DNA of 64,000 bases from NCBI RefSeq assembly GCF_964188315.1, contig NC_135672.1, positions 13,826,001 to 13,890,000 on the forward strand. The letters run 5' to 3'. The stretch is from Podarcis muralis. Taxonomy: Eukaryota. The first letter of the stretch is position 1. Each line of letters opens with the position of its first letter. This document shows, one piece after another, positions 23,513-36,257 of this stretch. Below the pieces are notes generated by a model. The model was not told where the DNA came from and did no database searches. It was given only the letters and a program-made list of their open reading frames with translations. The position numbers and the translations under genes were made by a program.

Positions 23513-23612
23513 AGGCTTGTCCTTCCCTACAAATTTAGGCTTGTCCTCCCTTACGAACTTAGGCTTGTCCTACGAATTTAGGCTTGTCCTTCCTTGTGAC
23601 TTAGGCTTGTCC
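23513..23612. repeat. Five-copy minisatellite with invariant core AGGCTTGTCC
   Basis: Cores at 23513, 23537, 23561, 23580, 23603. Confidence 0.95.
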
Positions 23613-26384
23613 TTCCCTCCAAGCTGACCCGATCCCCCTCCGAAACCTGCCAGGCTAGCAGCCCAGCCCCGCATCTCCTTGGGGGAGCCCCTCACATTCC
23701 CCTCTCCTTTCTGGGGGGTGGGCTGCCCCTCCTGGGGAGTCAGACAGAGATTTTCCTCTTTCCTTTTTTGCCGCATCTTCCCTCCGGCCCTGGACTTGGC
23801 AGGGGAGAGGAGCTGGGGACAGCTGGGGCTGCTGCGTAAGAAAAACAATTTACACCAGGGGGGGAGATTTAAATCGAAAGCAGCGCCAGCCAGGGGCGGC
23901 CTCTGTGGCGCAGCAGGTTTTTTAACTAGCTCGGCTTGGGTGCCTGTCAATCTTGGCCTGGTGTGGAGCTGAATCACCAGCTTGGCACATAAATATATTT
24001 GCAGCCTAGCTGGGAGGGACGGCAGGCAGGCCTGCAGGAGCAGCTGGGAGGGGTGTGGGCTGCTAGCTATGAGCCTGCCGCCCCCCCCCCTTGGCTCCCC
24101 ATTGAGGTCACCAGGGCCTCTGAGCCAAAAGGCTCTTGTGTGCAGCTCGGGCTTAACCCTTTGCGAGCCAGAGAGAGGAAGCAAACACACACAGAGCTTC
24201 AGATCTCTTGCCTTTCTTTTTTAAAAAAGAAATCCACCCCCCCACCTCTTTCCCCCTTTTCTTCCTAATGCAACCCTAATGTCTCAACAAATGAAACTGA
24301 TCTGTAGAAAATGCAACTTGAAAAAAGAGACATTGCACCAAACAGGCTCTAGCTTCGGGCCCCACTCCCTTGGGGCCCCCAAAAAATTTAAAGGCAAAAA
24401 AAAACCTGGATGTGCCATACATTTCCAAAATATAAGATAAAAAACAAATAAAATAAAACCTACATGCAGCAACAGTGTTTTGTGTTGTGTAGGCTCCTGT
24501 TTGTTATGTGCAAATGGCTTTAGATGCCTATGAGGTCCATCAATGACCATCTAGCATCTATTCAACACAAAGAAACAGCGGCCATTTGTTGTTGGCAAAG
24601 GACAGCTGGACATAGAAAGGGCCCCATTACCTTCAGGAGCTGAGGGCCGCATCAAACCTCAATCCGGCCTTGCACATACTTTTGTAAACCAAGAAATCTT
24701 TAATAATAAAGGGGGGGAATCCACAATGAGGGGCTTTTTTTTAAAAAAAGGGGGACCCGGTGGTACCGACCAAGGAGATGGAATCCAACAGGTGAAGCAC
24801 TCAGCGGAGGCTTCACCTGTTGAACTTCTGCAAACTTAAAACAGAAGAAGAAGAAAGTGGAGGAGATTGCAAATCGGAAGGGGGCCCGAGGAGGGAAGGA
24901 TCCTCCGGCGACTCAACTGGGGAGTGGTGGGAGGTGTTCTGTTTTGGCTTTATTATTCCTCATCTCCCCAGTTTAAAGAAACCAGAAAAATGGCCAACCA
25001 AAGGGAGGCGGCCGGGCAGGAAGGGGTTAAGGCGGCGGGGCGCGCGTCACGGGCGAGGGGGTGGGGGAGCGCGTCAGCAGTGACGTCAGACTGGTGCGGG
25101 GGAGGCGGGCTGCGTGCAAGTGAAAGTGCGCGGGGGAGGCGAAGCTGCAGCCCCGCCCACTTAGCATCGCCCCTTCCTCATTTTAGAGACCCAGCTCTTT
25201 CGGTTTCCAGGTCCGCCTTTTGCATTGCGAGACTAGAGAGCATCCGAGGCGGGTTCTACTCCCGAGTAAACCCATCCAGCCCCAATGGCTCACTAAGGCC
25301 CCCTGAAATTTGCAATGGCATTAGCAAATTATTACAGATCAGTGCTTTTTTTCTAAAAAAAAATGTTAAGGGGTCCTCTCATTTAGACTTAAGAAAATCA
25401 CCATTTTATAGTTCAAATCGGGGAAAATAAATCCAGTAAACGGAGAAAAGATTCACAAAAGGTTTAGGGGTCTGCGTACCCCCAGAAAAAAAGAATTTTC
25501 CATCTTAGCCAATTATTATTATTATTACTGATTGCATTTATATCTCCTTTAATTTCCCCCGGTGAGTTTTTCCCCTCCTCATTTAATCCCCACAACAACC
25601 TTGTGAAGTAGGCAAGATCCCAGCCCAAAAATACTCGCCCTGCAGTCCTCAAAAGCATTTTTCTTTTGGCATAAAATTAAAATAATAACAATACTGCAAT
25701 AGCTTTTCCAGGGGGCGTGTGATGGCAGTGGGCAGGGCAACCATTCCAAACATTGCCTTTTGGATACTTCAGGCTTGTTTCTCGCTGTCCTCAGGCAGGC
25801 AAGCAAAGGGGGCTGGACTGGATGTCCCTTGGGGGTCCCTTCCAACTCTACAATTCCACGGGGCATGAGCAGAGCGCAAGGGCAGCCCGTTTGCAGCCAA
25901 GGAGAAACAAGGCTGATGCGAAGGAGGGCTGGCGGCCTGCGAGAGGGAATTTTTCTGGGGGGAGCTTTTGGCCTCCCCACCCCTTTGCTGCATTGGGGGG
26001 GGGGTCCGCCCTTCTCAAAAGTGGGGGCCCTGCAGTCGTGCCCCCAAGTCCTGCCCTTTCACGGCACCTGCCACCCCAGGGGGCTCCTCACCCAGGCAGG
26101 AGCAAAGAGACCCGGCCTGCCCTCTGCCAGCCTCAGCCCCTGCCAGCAGGGCAGGAACGCCCCACGGCCCGGCTGGGTGGGGGCGAGAGATTGTATCGCA
26201 GTGGGGCTGGCTGGCCGGCCGGTCTGCAGCAGCAGCAGCAGCAGCAGAAACTGGCTTGTATCCCAGGCAGCACACGCCCAGGTTGGAAGGATGGAAAATC
26301 CAGGCGCCAGATGGAAAACAGGCCTGTGCCCACCCCAGGGCGAGAGAGGAGGGCAAACCCTCCTTGCGGTTTCACGTGTCACTT

Positions 26385-26720
26385 GTGAATGCCACCAGGG
26401 TAAGGGAAGCTGGCTTGGAAAGGGGTTTCTTATTATTTTTCCCCTTGAGATATCCCATCTCCTCTCAGTCCCCTCTTTCTGAGGCTAAACATCCCCAGCT
26501 CCTTCGACCGTTCCTCATCAGGTTTCCAGACCCTGGATCATCTTGGTCTCCCTCCTCTGCCCACCTTCTCAACATCCTCCTTAAATTGTGGTGCCCAGAA
26601 TTGGGCACAGGACTGACCAAGGAAGCAGCCGGCGCCTCTCCTTTGATGAGGGAAGGAGAAACCTGCATCCTTCGCTGTTGCTGAACTCCCAGCATGTGTG
26701 GAAGCAACACTCGGATGGTC
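26385..26720 (-). mobile_element. CR1 LINE ORF2 fragment
   Basis: aacatccccagctccttcgaccgttcctcatcaggtttccagacc...gtggtgcccagaattgg. Confidence 0.7.
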
Positions 26721-28499
26721 ACAGGTGTCCTGCGTTGGGTTCATACACTGGAAAGAATTTGCCTGTTGTGGATCCCTTTTTGGGTTTGGTGAGCAGGCGC
26801 CTTGGGCAGCTTTGCTGGCCTCCCAGGAGTTCTCAATTTGCAGAGCGAACGGGGAAGGGAGGGAACCCCAATCCCCAAAGATGAAGGCGAGGTTTGCTCA
26901 AGGCTGTGAGTCTGGGCGGGGCGCCTCGGGTGTTCTCCTCTGGGTCCTCCTTTGCTCCTGAAAAAAACCTTTCTCCCTCCGCACAAACCTTGCCCCTTGC
27001 AAACCAGACTGGAAACCCTCCCCCTTGTGGGGCTGGCAGGCCTCCCAGTGAGGGTCTCTTGCAGGGGGTGCCCTCCTGTGGGGCACAAGGAGGGCGGCAC
27101 GCCCAGCGCAGCCCCAGAGGCCCAGCCAGAGCCAAGGAGTCCCAGCTTCTAATTTGAGCTCTTCCCAAAGCCCTGCCCACGTTCCATGGAAGACTCCGCC
27201 AACCCCGTAATTAGTGGGACGGGACAGGTTTTGCGGCCGGACCGACTGGTTCAGACTTTCCGTGTTGATGAGACGCTCCTTCTTCATCATATCTACCTAG
27301 CTTGTGAACTGAAAGGTGGCTTTCCTCCACCGCACGCCCCCAACCCAGAAGAGGTCCTCTCTGTCAGACCCTCCAGGTGTCCCCATTTTCCAGGGACAGT
27401 CCTGGATTTACAAAAGCCTTCCCGGTTTCTGAATTGATCCTGTTTCTCCTTAGGACGTCCCTGTTTTCACTGGAGAAAGGTTGAAGTTTTGGTTTGTAGT
27501 CAGCAAAGGTGCTGGATGTGATTCTCCGGCCCAAGGCACATAACTGGGAAGATCCCTTTGGGGGCACCCAATTTTGGCCTTGCACAGGACACACCGTGTT
27601 ATGAAAGATGACCAAATCCGTCTGTCCCCTGTTAGCAATGTGCTTTGGGAAAGCTCTCTGTGCATGCTCAGAGGCATGCGCCTTCGTTGTCGCACACTGC
27701 ATGCAGCCAGGGGGGACAAACAGCTGTGCTTTAGAAATGATTGATGCAACGGCAACTCTCGCACACAGAACAGCTTGAGGCTCCTAGCAGAGACCCTGGC
27801 CAGGCTTGGGCGGCCGCCACGATGGCAGCATTGTCCCTGCGCGCTCAAAGCCAGCTCTGATTCCCAGCGCCCTCAAACTACAGCTCCCAGCATGAGTGGT
27901 TGGGCTGTGTGTGTGTCTGGTTCTGCTGAATTTGGTCGCAGCCCCTGAAAAAGCCTTCAGCTGGGTGCCTCCCCACCCGGGGGACCCTCTCCCCCTTTTG
28001 GGTCCCCCTCACCTGTCCTGGATCTGGCCCCCTCTTCTTGGGTTGCCCCCCCCTTTCCCAGCGGCGGAGGCTGCGAAATTAAAAGCAGCCTTCCAGGGCT
28101 TTCTAATCCATCCCAGGCCTCTCTCTGCCTTGGCGCTGTCCCAGGATGGGGGGAGCGAGGGAGAGCGGCCCTTCCCGGCTGGGGACACAGCCAGAGCCAG
28201 CCTTGGACTAATCCTGCTGGAGAACTGCAGAGGCACCTGGCAATTAAAGAAGGGGGGGGGGAGCACACGCAGTTCAGGCACTCCCCCTCCGCTCCCCCCA
28301 GGTGCCCTTGGAAACCAGGGAAGGTGTCCTAGGCAACCGCAGGTTGTGACGCTGTGGCTTCACGCAGGTTTTGCACAGGGATGGAGGCCCCTGCGAATCT
28401 CATTTTTAAAAGTACATTGGAGAGGAACAAAACAGAACAAAAGCTGTCAAGGAAGGAAAAGCTTAGTACAGACTTGTTTTCTGGGGGGACGATGAGGGT

Positions 28500-29185
28500 C
28501 AGGAGATGTCTTAAAGGATGTTGAGTCGGAATCTCCTCGCTTGCAAGTTGAAGCCACGGGTTTGAGTCCTGCCCTCCAAGGAAGGAGAAAACCGACTCGT
28601 GCGCTTAGAAAGTTGACGTCTTCCATGTGGCAGGCCTTGAGATGGCTCCCCTATCTCCTCTCAGCCTCCTCTTTCTCAAGCTAAACATCTCCAGCTCTTT
28701 CAACTGTTCCTCATCAGGTTTCCAGACCCTTTATCCTCCTGGTCGCCGCTCTCTGCCCACCTTCCAGCTTGTCAACATCCTTCTTAAATTTTGATGCCCA
28801 GAACTGGACACAGGATTCCAGGTGTGGTCTGACCAACGCAGAATAGAGGGAGCAGGCCTTCCCTTGATCTGGACCCCAGATGTTTAGTGTCCTGTTGATG
28901 CAGCCAAGAATAACATTGGCTTTTGTTTGCTGCTGCATCACACTGTGGACTCGTGTTCAGCTTGTGGTCCACTAAGACCCCCAGATCCTTTTCACACGTC
29001 CTGCTAGTGAGCCAGGTGTCCCCCATCCTATATTTGCACATCTAAGTGCAGAACCTGACACTTGTCCCCATGGAAATTCAGTTTGTTAGCTTGAGCCCGG
29101 TTCTCCAATCTGTTAAAGTCATTTTGAATCCCAATTCTGTCTTCTGCGGCATTAGCTACCCCTCCCAGTTTGGTGTCGTCTGCAA
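28500..29185 (-). mobile_element. CR1 LINE ORF2 3' fragment
   Basis: Minus-strand YSALVRPHLESCVQFWA..FKKDVDKLE and CEKDLGVLVDHKLN. Confidence 0.9.
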
Positions 29186-30214
29186 ATTATACTTGACCCC
29201 ACCCAGGAACAGCTGTGGGGCAGGAGTCTCTAACAAATGGACAGATCTGTGGTTCTAGCCCTGACCACTGAGCCTGCTGGCTCTTGTGAGGGTTCAAGTC
29301 CACACCTGCAAAGCTACAAGGGAAGAGGAGCTGCCGTTTCTCTGTTTACTCCTGAACATCTCTCTCTCTCTCCACCTCCCACTGTTTGGCCGCCACCATT
29401 TTTAATTTTATTTTTTTATTCCCCCCCCCCAAAAAAAAACCGGGGGGGGGGGAATTGGGGCTCCTTCCCTGCATCCCAGCCCAGATTCTTCCAGGGGGCC
29501 TCAGAAGCCGTTGACTGTGACATCTCAGGGGAAAAGGAAACCTTAATAAAAAGAATATATAGAGGAGAGGCAGCGGTGGGGGGAGCGCAGAGAAGAGATT
29601 ATTTTTATCCACTGAGCAAAGGCCTGGAAGCATTTCTTCTGCTCCGCTTGGTGCGCAGCTATTCCAGAGTCGAGTGGCGGGGGCTGCCGTGACTCACGGC
29701 TCTGGAAGAGGAGAAGCGCGTCTCCCAGAGGGAGGGGGAGAGAGACACTTTGGCTCCCATGGGTGCTGGAAAGAAACAACCGCTCCCTCCCCACGGAAAA
29801 GGCCGTCTTGCCTGCTCACAAAGTGCTGCGGGGAAAGAGCGTTCAGAGAGACTAGCGAGTGAGTTAGTGGGAAGAGAGGCAGAGGGCTGTCCTGCCCTCC
29901 AGCTTGCAACCAGGAAAGACCCGAGATCAAAGGAAAACGGTTCAGGAGGGAAGAGGAAACGCTCAAGCTCCTCACGTTCCAGGCCTATCTAGCTCAGTAT
30001 TGTCCACACTGACTGGCAGCAGAGGCTCTCCAGGGTTTCAGGCAGGGGATGGGACCCCTTGCATGCACAGCAGATTCTCTATATTGGCTGCCGCAAATGA
30101 GGAAAGATGCCCTGCATGGGGGGCTTCGCTTTGGGGGTGCCTGGCTGGCTGCTGTGGGGCCACGATGATGGCCTGGATGAGCCAGCTGCCCCAGGGTTCT
30201 TTGGATAATGATAA

Positions 30215-30670
30215 TAATAATAATTTCTTATTTATACCCTGATCATCTGGCTGGGTTTCCCCAGCCACTCTGGGTGGTTCCCAACAGAATACTACTACTG
30301 ATAATAATAGAGCAATAAAACATCAAACATTAAAAGCTTCCCTAAACAGGGCTGCCTTCAGATGTCTTCTAAAAGTCGGGGAGTTGTTTATTTCCTTGGC
30401 ATCTGATGAGAGGGTGTTCCACAGGGCAGGCGCCACCACCGAGAAGGCCCTCTGCCTGCTTCCCTGCAACCTCACTTCTTGCAGGCAGGGAACTGCCAGA
30501 CGGCCCTCAGGAGAGGGACCCCGGTGTCCGGGCTGAATGATGGGAGTGGAGAGGCTCCTTCAGGGATACTGGGCTGTTTGGGGCTTTCAAGGTCAGCACT
30601 GACCCTTTGAATTGTGCTCAGAAACATCCTGGGATGTCCTTATCCATTTAAGAAATCTTTCAAAAACAAG
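30215..30670 (-). mobile_element. L2 LINE 3' end
   Basis: Reverse complement of the 10190-10622 family. Confidence 0.8.
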
Positions 30671-30988
30671 CTTTGCCTGGGAATCCAAGCGCCACACCCG
30701 CCTCTGGATCCGGCCGGCTTCCAGAACCACATTTCGCAAAGGGCAAAGTGTTCCAGGGGCAGGAGCTGCCTGTGGGCGGAGGGGGCCGAGAGAGGCCACT
30801 TCCACTAGCAGACTGACCGCTCCCTGAGCCTGCCAGCTCATGCCAGGCACTGCCATGATACGGACCTCTTGCAAGACCGTGAAACAGCAAAACAAGATTT
30901 GCAAGTTGTGTTTTGAGAACCGAAGGGGAACGGGAGCTCTCTGGGGCCCCTCCGGCAGAAACACAGACACCAAACAGCCAATTCCAGG

Positions 30989-30994
30989 TTTATT
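30989..30994 (-). terminator. Candidate LSM4 polyadenylation signal AATAAA (second one at 31034-31039), implying a 3' UTR of about 1 kb
   Basis: TTTATT on the plus strand downstream of the LSM4 stop. Confidence 0.45.
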
Positions 30995-32011
30995 CTGCTC
31001 GTAAACTTAAAACTGGGTTATAAAGCACGTTTTTTTATTTTAAAAAAAGGAGAAGAAAATGAAAGAATGGCTGCAGCTCGTTTGTTCTGGCTCTGACCAA
31101 CTGCTGGTGATATTATGGAGGCGGCCGACACAGCCTCCCGAGAGATTCTCAGAAGGGTCACACAAACGGGATGCTTTAGCTCCAAGGCTGAGGCAACAAA
31201 TTCCACCTGGGAGGGAAATGGGTGTGCGGAGAATTTGGAAGCAAAGATTAGCCTGACTCCCTCCAGATGTTGCTGGAATGGAGTTCCCATCAGCATCCCA
31301 GAATATCGGCTGTGTGGTAACATCCTGGGGGATGAATGGACGCAGATCACCTCCTGCTCGCCAAACATCCCTGGGAAGTACCTGGGGGGCAATGGGCTGA
31401 GGGGAAGGCTGAACAAGAGAGACAGTAGCAGAGGGAGGCTGGAAGACTAAACTCCAGCTGAAGAGGTATGTTCCCACAGGTGTGATGGGAGCCCAGGTGG
31501 AACCAGCAGAATTCCCTTGCCCGGCGATACCTTTTCATCCAACCCCGCTCCCCAAAAACTGAACCCGGAGCTGAAGTTGCCTTCGACAAGTCCCATTTCC
31601 TAATAAAAAGAAAGCTACATCGTTTAATCCTGACACTCTGAGTGGAAAGCCTCGCTCGTCCTCTCCGTTACTGTCGTTCCAAAGGCTGGCAAGGCGTTTC
31701 TCTTGCCAAAACGATTCCAAAAAACAAAAAGGGGAAGAGGCGAAGTCGAATCGCCCCTCCAAAAGGTTACCTGGATTCTCAAATTAAGAGCTAAACTGTG
31801 TGTGTGCGCTCGGGGGAGACGCTTTAAACACTCATTTCTAATAACTGGAACTTAAAAGCAAAAAGAGACAAAAACTTGAGGCCGGTGGCTTGCGTCTCCC
31901 CCGAGGTGCGTGGAAACAGAGGGACCTAAGAGTTTCTTTTGTGGGTGAAGAGGGACGGCAGACCAGCCTTCTTGGCCTGGCACTTGAGTCCGGGGCGCCC
32001 TCTTCGCCTCC

Positions 32012-32106
32012 TCACTGCTTGGCTGCCTGGCGCCCGGGCTTCTTCTCCTGCTGTCCTCCTCGGCCGCTGCCGGGGATCCCCCCTCGTCCACGGCCGCCAA
32101 ACACAC
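32012..32106 (-). CDS. LSM4: LSM4 exon 5 VFGGRGRGGIPGSGRGGQQEKKPGRQAAKQ*
   Basis: ccag| acceptor; TGA at 32012-32014; RGG-rich C-terminus. Confidence 0.95.
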
Positions 32107-32616
32107 CTGGGGGGGGGGGGAGAAGAAAAGAGGAAGGGGCTGAGCTCAGGGGAACCCCTTTGCCACTCACCCAGCCACTCTGGGCGGCTCCCAACCGAAT
32201 ATTAAAAACACAATACAGCATTAAACCTTAAAAACTTCCCAACACAGGGCTGCCTTCAGGTGTCTGCCACAGGGGCTGGATTAAATCGACCGGCAGGCCA
32301 GATTAGGCCCCCGGTATGGAGTTTGGGCATGCCTGGCTTATGAATAAGACTGTGGCGTCTTTATTCTCTTAGGAGGGATTCAAGGGGACTTACCAGGAAA
32401 ATATTAGAACACATTTCCATCTGAAGAAGCCAGACTGAATTGTGTCTTTTCTGAAGAAACTCAAACGAGTTTGCAACGAGGGGAATGCCCTCTGCTAAGT
32501 GGGGAAACTTGCTCGCACGAGTTAGGAAGGATGTTAATAAACAACATATCAAGGCCGGGAGCCCCCTGAAGTGGGAGATTCCCCTGCAGCCCCCCGAGCT
32601 CCGGAGAGGGGCTCAC

Positions 32617-32800
32617 CCCGGCCGGTGCCGCCGACTCCGCGCCCCTTCTGCTGCTTCTGCTGCTGCATCCCGCCGCGGCCTCTCCCCTTGGACACCACCT
32701 CCTCCTTGACCATGTCGATGATCTCGTCCGGGATGCGAAGGTACTTGATGGTGCTCCCGCGGATGTAGCACTCGGGCATCCGCCAGAACTTGTCTCCGTC
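32617..32800 (-). CDS. LSM4: LSM4 exon 4 [35 protein letters not shown]...GRG (Sm2 motif and RGG tail)
   Basis: ggcag| and G|GTGAGC; 184 nt. Confidence 0.97.
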
Positions 32801-32904
32801 CTGCCCAAGAGAAAAGAAAGAACGGGGGAAACCAGGACCAAAACAGATTAAAAAAGAAGAAGTCTCAAGACAGAAATAGAATGAAAAGAGCGAGTTTGAT
32901 AATA

Positions 32905-33516
32905 CAGTGATATCTTGGTTCCCAAATGCCTTGGTTCTCAAACTCCAAAAACCTGGAAGTGTTCTGGTTCTCGTGCGATTTTTGGAAGCAGAACAACCAA
33001 TGCGGCTGTCGGCTATTATTTCCAGGGTGCCTGCACCAATCACGCCTTGGTTTTCAAACATTTCAGAAGTCACACAGACTTCTGGAACGGATTAAGTTTG
33101 GCGCTTTTGTTTTTGCTCTTTATTTTGCCTTTTTGTTTTTGAGTCATTTTCGCTTCATTTGTTTTTGTGACTGATTGATTGATTGTGTGACTGTGGAAAT
33201 GGATAAAAGCCCCCCATCCAAACAATAACTGTCATCAGTGCAGGTAAGAATTTTTTTTAAAAAAATTTTATCCTCTACAATACTGTCCTTTTTATTTTAT
33301 TGTACAGTGCATTGATTATTGCATTCACTTTATGGATCAATGGTCTTGTTAGATAGTAAAATTCCCGTTAAATGGCTGTTTTAGGGGTTGTTTTTTAAAG
33401 TCTGGAACGGATTAATGCGTTCTGCATTACTTTCTATGGGAAAGAAGCCGCCTTGGTTTTGGAACGCTTTGGAACGGACTTCCGGAATGGATTAAGTCTG
33501 AGAACCAAGGGATCAA
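32905..33516. mobile_element. Tigger-like non-autonomous element; related copies at about 34827-35215, 47100-47430, 54315-54602, 58449-58662
   Basis: CAGTG(A/G)..CTTGGTT starts, AACCAAGG..(A/G)CTG ends, diagnostic ggaacggattaa motif. Confidence 0.7.
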
Positions 33517-34497
33517 TGGACTGCTCTCTCCCTATCTTTCTTCCTTTGAACGTTTTCCTGCCCAACTGGAGGCAATCGCAGGCAGGCTGCCTCCAGCCCC
33601 TTTGTTTCGGAAGCTTCTTACTTCTTGTTGCAAAACCGGCTGACACAAACGCTGCCTTTTTACAGCTTAAGGGGAAACCCCATTTCTAATCCTGCCCCCA
33701 GTGTGGTTTCTGCCAACCTGCTTAGCTCTGCGCTAACATTTACCTCCCTCTCTTCGGGAGGAGAAGTTTTGTGCAAAAATGGCTCCTCCCTGCTGAGCTG
33801 AAAAATAAAAGGAGTTTTCCCCCACCTGCTTGCGACTGAAGTCTCGCCAAGGCCAGAGCCCGGCCCTCCCATCTCCCAGAAGGTTGGGCTGGAAGGCAGT
33901 GCCACCTAATGGACAGCGGGCAAACAGCACCCCACCAAAAGGCCGAAAAGGGATGCTGGTTTGCAAGGCAGTGTGGCGCAGGGGTTAGAGCAGGGCTTCC
34001 CAAATCTGTGAGAGCGCTCCCTGGGATGGCGGGATTGTGCTAAGAGGCCCCTAATGGGCTGGCGCCAAAGGTTTGGATGACCCTCAGACTGGGTTTTTTC
34101 TGCTTTTAACTTACTTTATTGAACTTTAAAAAATAGCAACACAAAATGAAAATTATCCATAACATCCATTGCCTGCTCTCAAACTTCTGCACCACACTTT
34201 TGGAATAAAAATCTGCTCGTGCCAGTCATTCTCAAAATTATTATTATGGATAAGAAATACATTGGAAAACAAAAGGAGCAGCTCCTAGCTCTGCTGGATT
34301 TACAATGTAGAGCACAACTGCCTTATAAAATGGCCATTTGGAAAGTATTAAGCCATGCAGTGCATCAGTCCCAAAATAAAATGATAAATGAGCCTCTTAC
34401 ATATGTACCTTAAGTAGGTATACAAGCACAGGGAGAAGTGTGAGCTTGCAGTATCACTTGAAGCTCTCATTTTGAAGATAACAGCAATAATACGTAC

Positions 34498-34596
34498 CCT
34501 GGAGGTGCAGATGACTTCGCGCAGGTTGATGTTCATCCAGTTATCACAGCTGACCAGGTGACCATTGTAAGTCTCCCCATTCTTCAGCTCCACCAG
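34498..34596 (-). CDS. LSM4: LSM4 exon 3 [33 protein letters not shown] (Sm1 motif)
   Basis: ccag| and AGG|GTACGT; 99 nt. Confidence 0.97.
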
Positions 34597-35529
34597 CTGG
34601 AAAGAGAAGGCGGGAGATTAGATGAAGGAAGTGGCCACCCAGAGCAGCAGGATATTGGGGGAAACACCTGGGGCCCTCCAGGTGTCGGGCAACAACCCCC
34701 CTCCGCATACCAAAAACACCTCCCGGATCTAAAGAGGCATTTCCCTCCTCTCTCACACAAAAGGAGGCCTTTGGGGCAACATTTGACACCCCCACAGCCC
34801 TTGCTTTGCCCTCCCAAAGCCCAGGACAGTGGGACCTTGCTTCCCAAATGCCTAAAAACCCCAAAAGTGTTCCGGTTCCTCAGCGTTTTTCGGAAGCCAA
34901 ACATCTGATGTCAACGATTGTTTCCGAGGCGCCTGCGCCAATCAGAACCCGTGCCTTGGTTTCCGAACGGTTTCCGAAAACAAAAACGCAAAATAAAGAG
35001 CAAAAACAAAAGTGCCAAACCTAATCCGTTCCAGGTGTCCGTTTGACTTCTGAATTGTTCAAAAACCAAGGCGCAGCTTCTGATTGGTGCAAGTGTCCCG
35101 GAAACAAGAGCTGACAGCCGCATCGGAGGTTCGGCTTCTAAATTTTTATCGAAAACTGGAAAACTTACTTCTGTGTGTTTGAGAACCAAAGCATTTGAGA
35201 ACCAAGGTCCTGCTGTATACCCCACCTTTCCCTCCCAGGAGTTCAAGGCAGCACTCATAGTCTTTACACGGCAGGCTAGTCCAAGAGGAGGGATTTGAAG
35301 CCTGGTTCCCCAGGTTTCAGTTCAACACTCTAACTGCTACACATCCCTGTCTCTGGTTTGGTTCCAGATTAGTCTCTTCCCCCCCGAAAGCCAGTTTTCT
35401 GTATGCAGGGATTTAAAAATGAATAAAATGGGAGGTGCCTCCAGCCACAGTCTGAAATTGTACCGCTCAGCAGCGCGTCAGCCTCCTCCTCTGCAGTTGG
35501 ACTGAAGGCTAGACGCGCCCCGGACTCAC

Positions 35530-35571
35530 CATGGGGTGGTTCTGCGCCGTCTTCAGCAAGGAGAGCGGAAG
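35530..35571 (-). CDS. LSM4: LSM4 exon 2 LPLSLLKTAQNHPM
   Basis: ttgcag| and ATG|GTGAGT; 42 nt; matches the conserved Lsm4 N-terminus. Confidence 0.95.
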
Positions 35572-36257
35572 CTGCAAGAGGAGGGCAAATTGGGCAGGTT
35601 GAGAAACACACCTGGCAGGTAAAGGAGTCTTCACAGTCGAGCCAACCTTAATTGTTGCCGTGCTTTTCAGAACCTAAGCAGAGCCCTGCTGGATCAAGCC
35701 AAAGGGTCCTGCCCTCACACTGCCCACCCAGACACCCCAAAGGGAAGCCCCCCAGCAGGACTTGAGCAGGCAGCCGCAACTCTCCCCACGCGAACCGCCC
35801 TGAGACCTCCGGGTATAGGGCAGTATACAAATTCAATAAATAAGAAGAATTGTGATTCCCAGCTGAACAGAACCCTCAGCTTACTGGGCATCTAGGGAGC
35901 GCAGCAGCCCCCATTTCCTTACCTTGGAGGGAGGGAAATAAGCCCCACTGCCTTCCTCTAGCAATCTTACCCCAGTAAAATCAATGGGGCTGACTGCTGA
36001 ATGAATATCTGGAAGATGTGGGGAGGGAACCACTTTGGCTGTATCCAAGGGGGAGGCACACAAACACCCCCTTCATTGCTTCACACTAATGCTGCAATCT
36101 GGTAAATGCTCAATGGGTCTCATCCCTAAAGGAACCGGCTTACCTGGGAGGCGGGGAGGAGCGAACCCCTTTTGCTTGACCCAAGCCCCCTCCCCATGGG
36201 AAACCCCCACCTCCTTGGTTGACATTTGCACTGCCATCCGAAGCACATGCCTACTTT

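Noticed and set aside
23513-23612. Repeat-spacer appearance resembling a CRISPR array
   Set aside because: Eukaryotic locus; cores are only 10-12 nt, spacers are related to each other, and no cas genes are present.
27660-27681. Possible p53 element GTGCATGCTC-ag-AGGCATGCGC
   Set aside because: One mismatch in each half plus a spacer; expected by chance in 64 kb.
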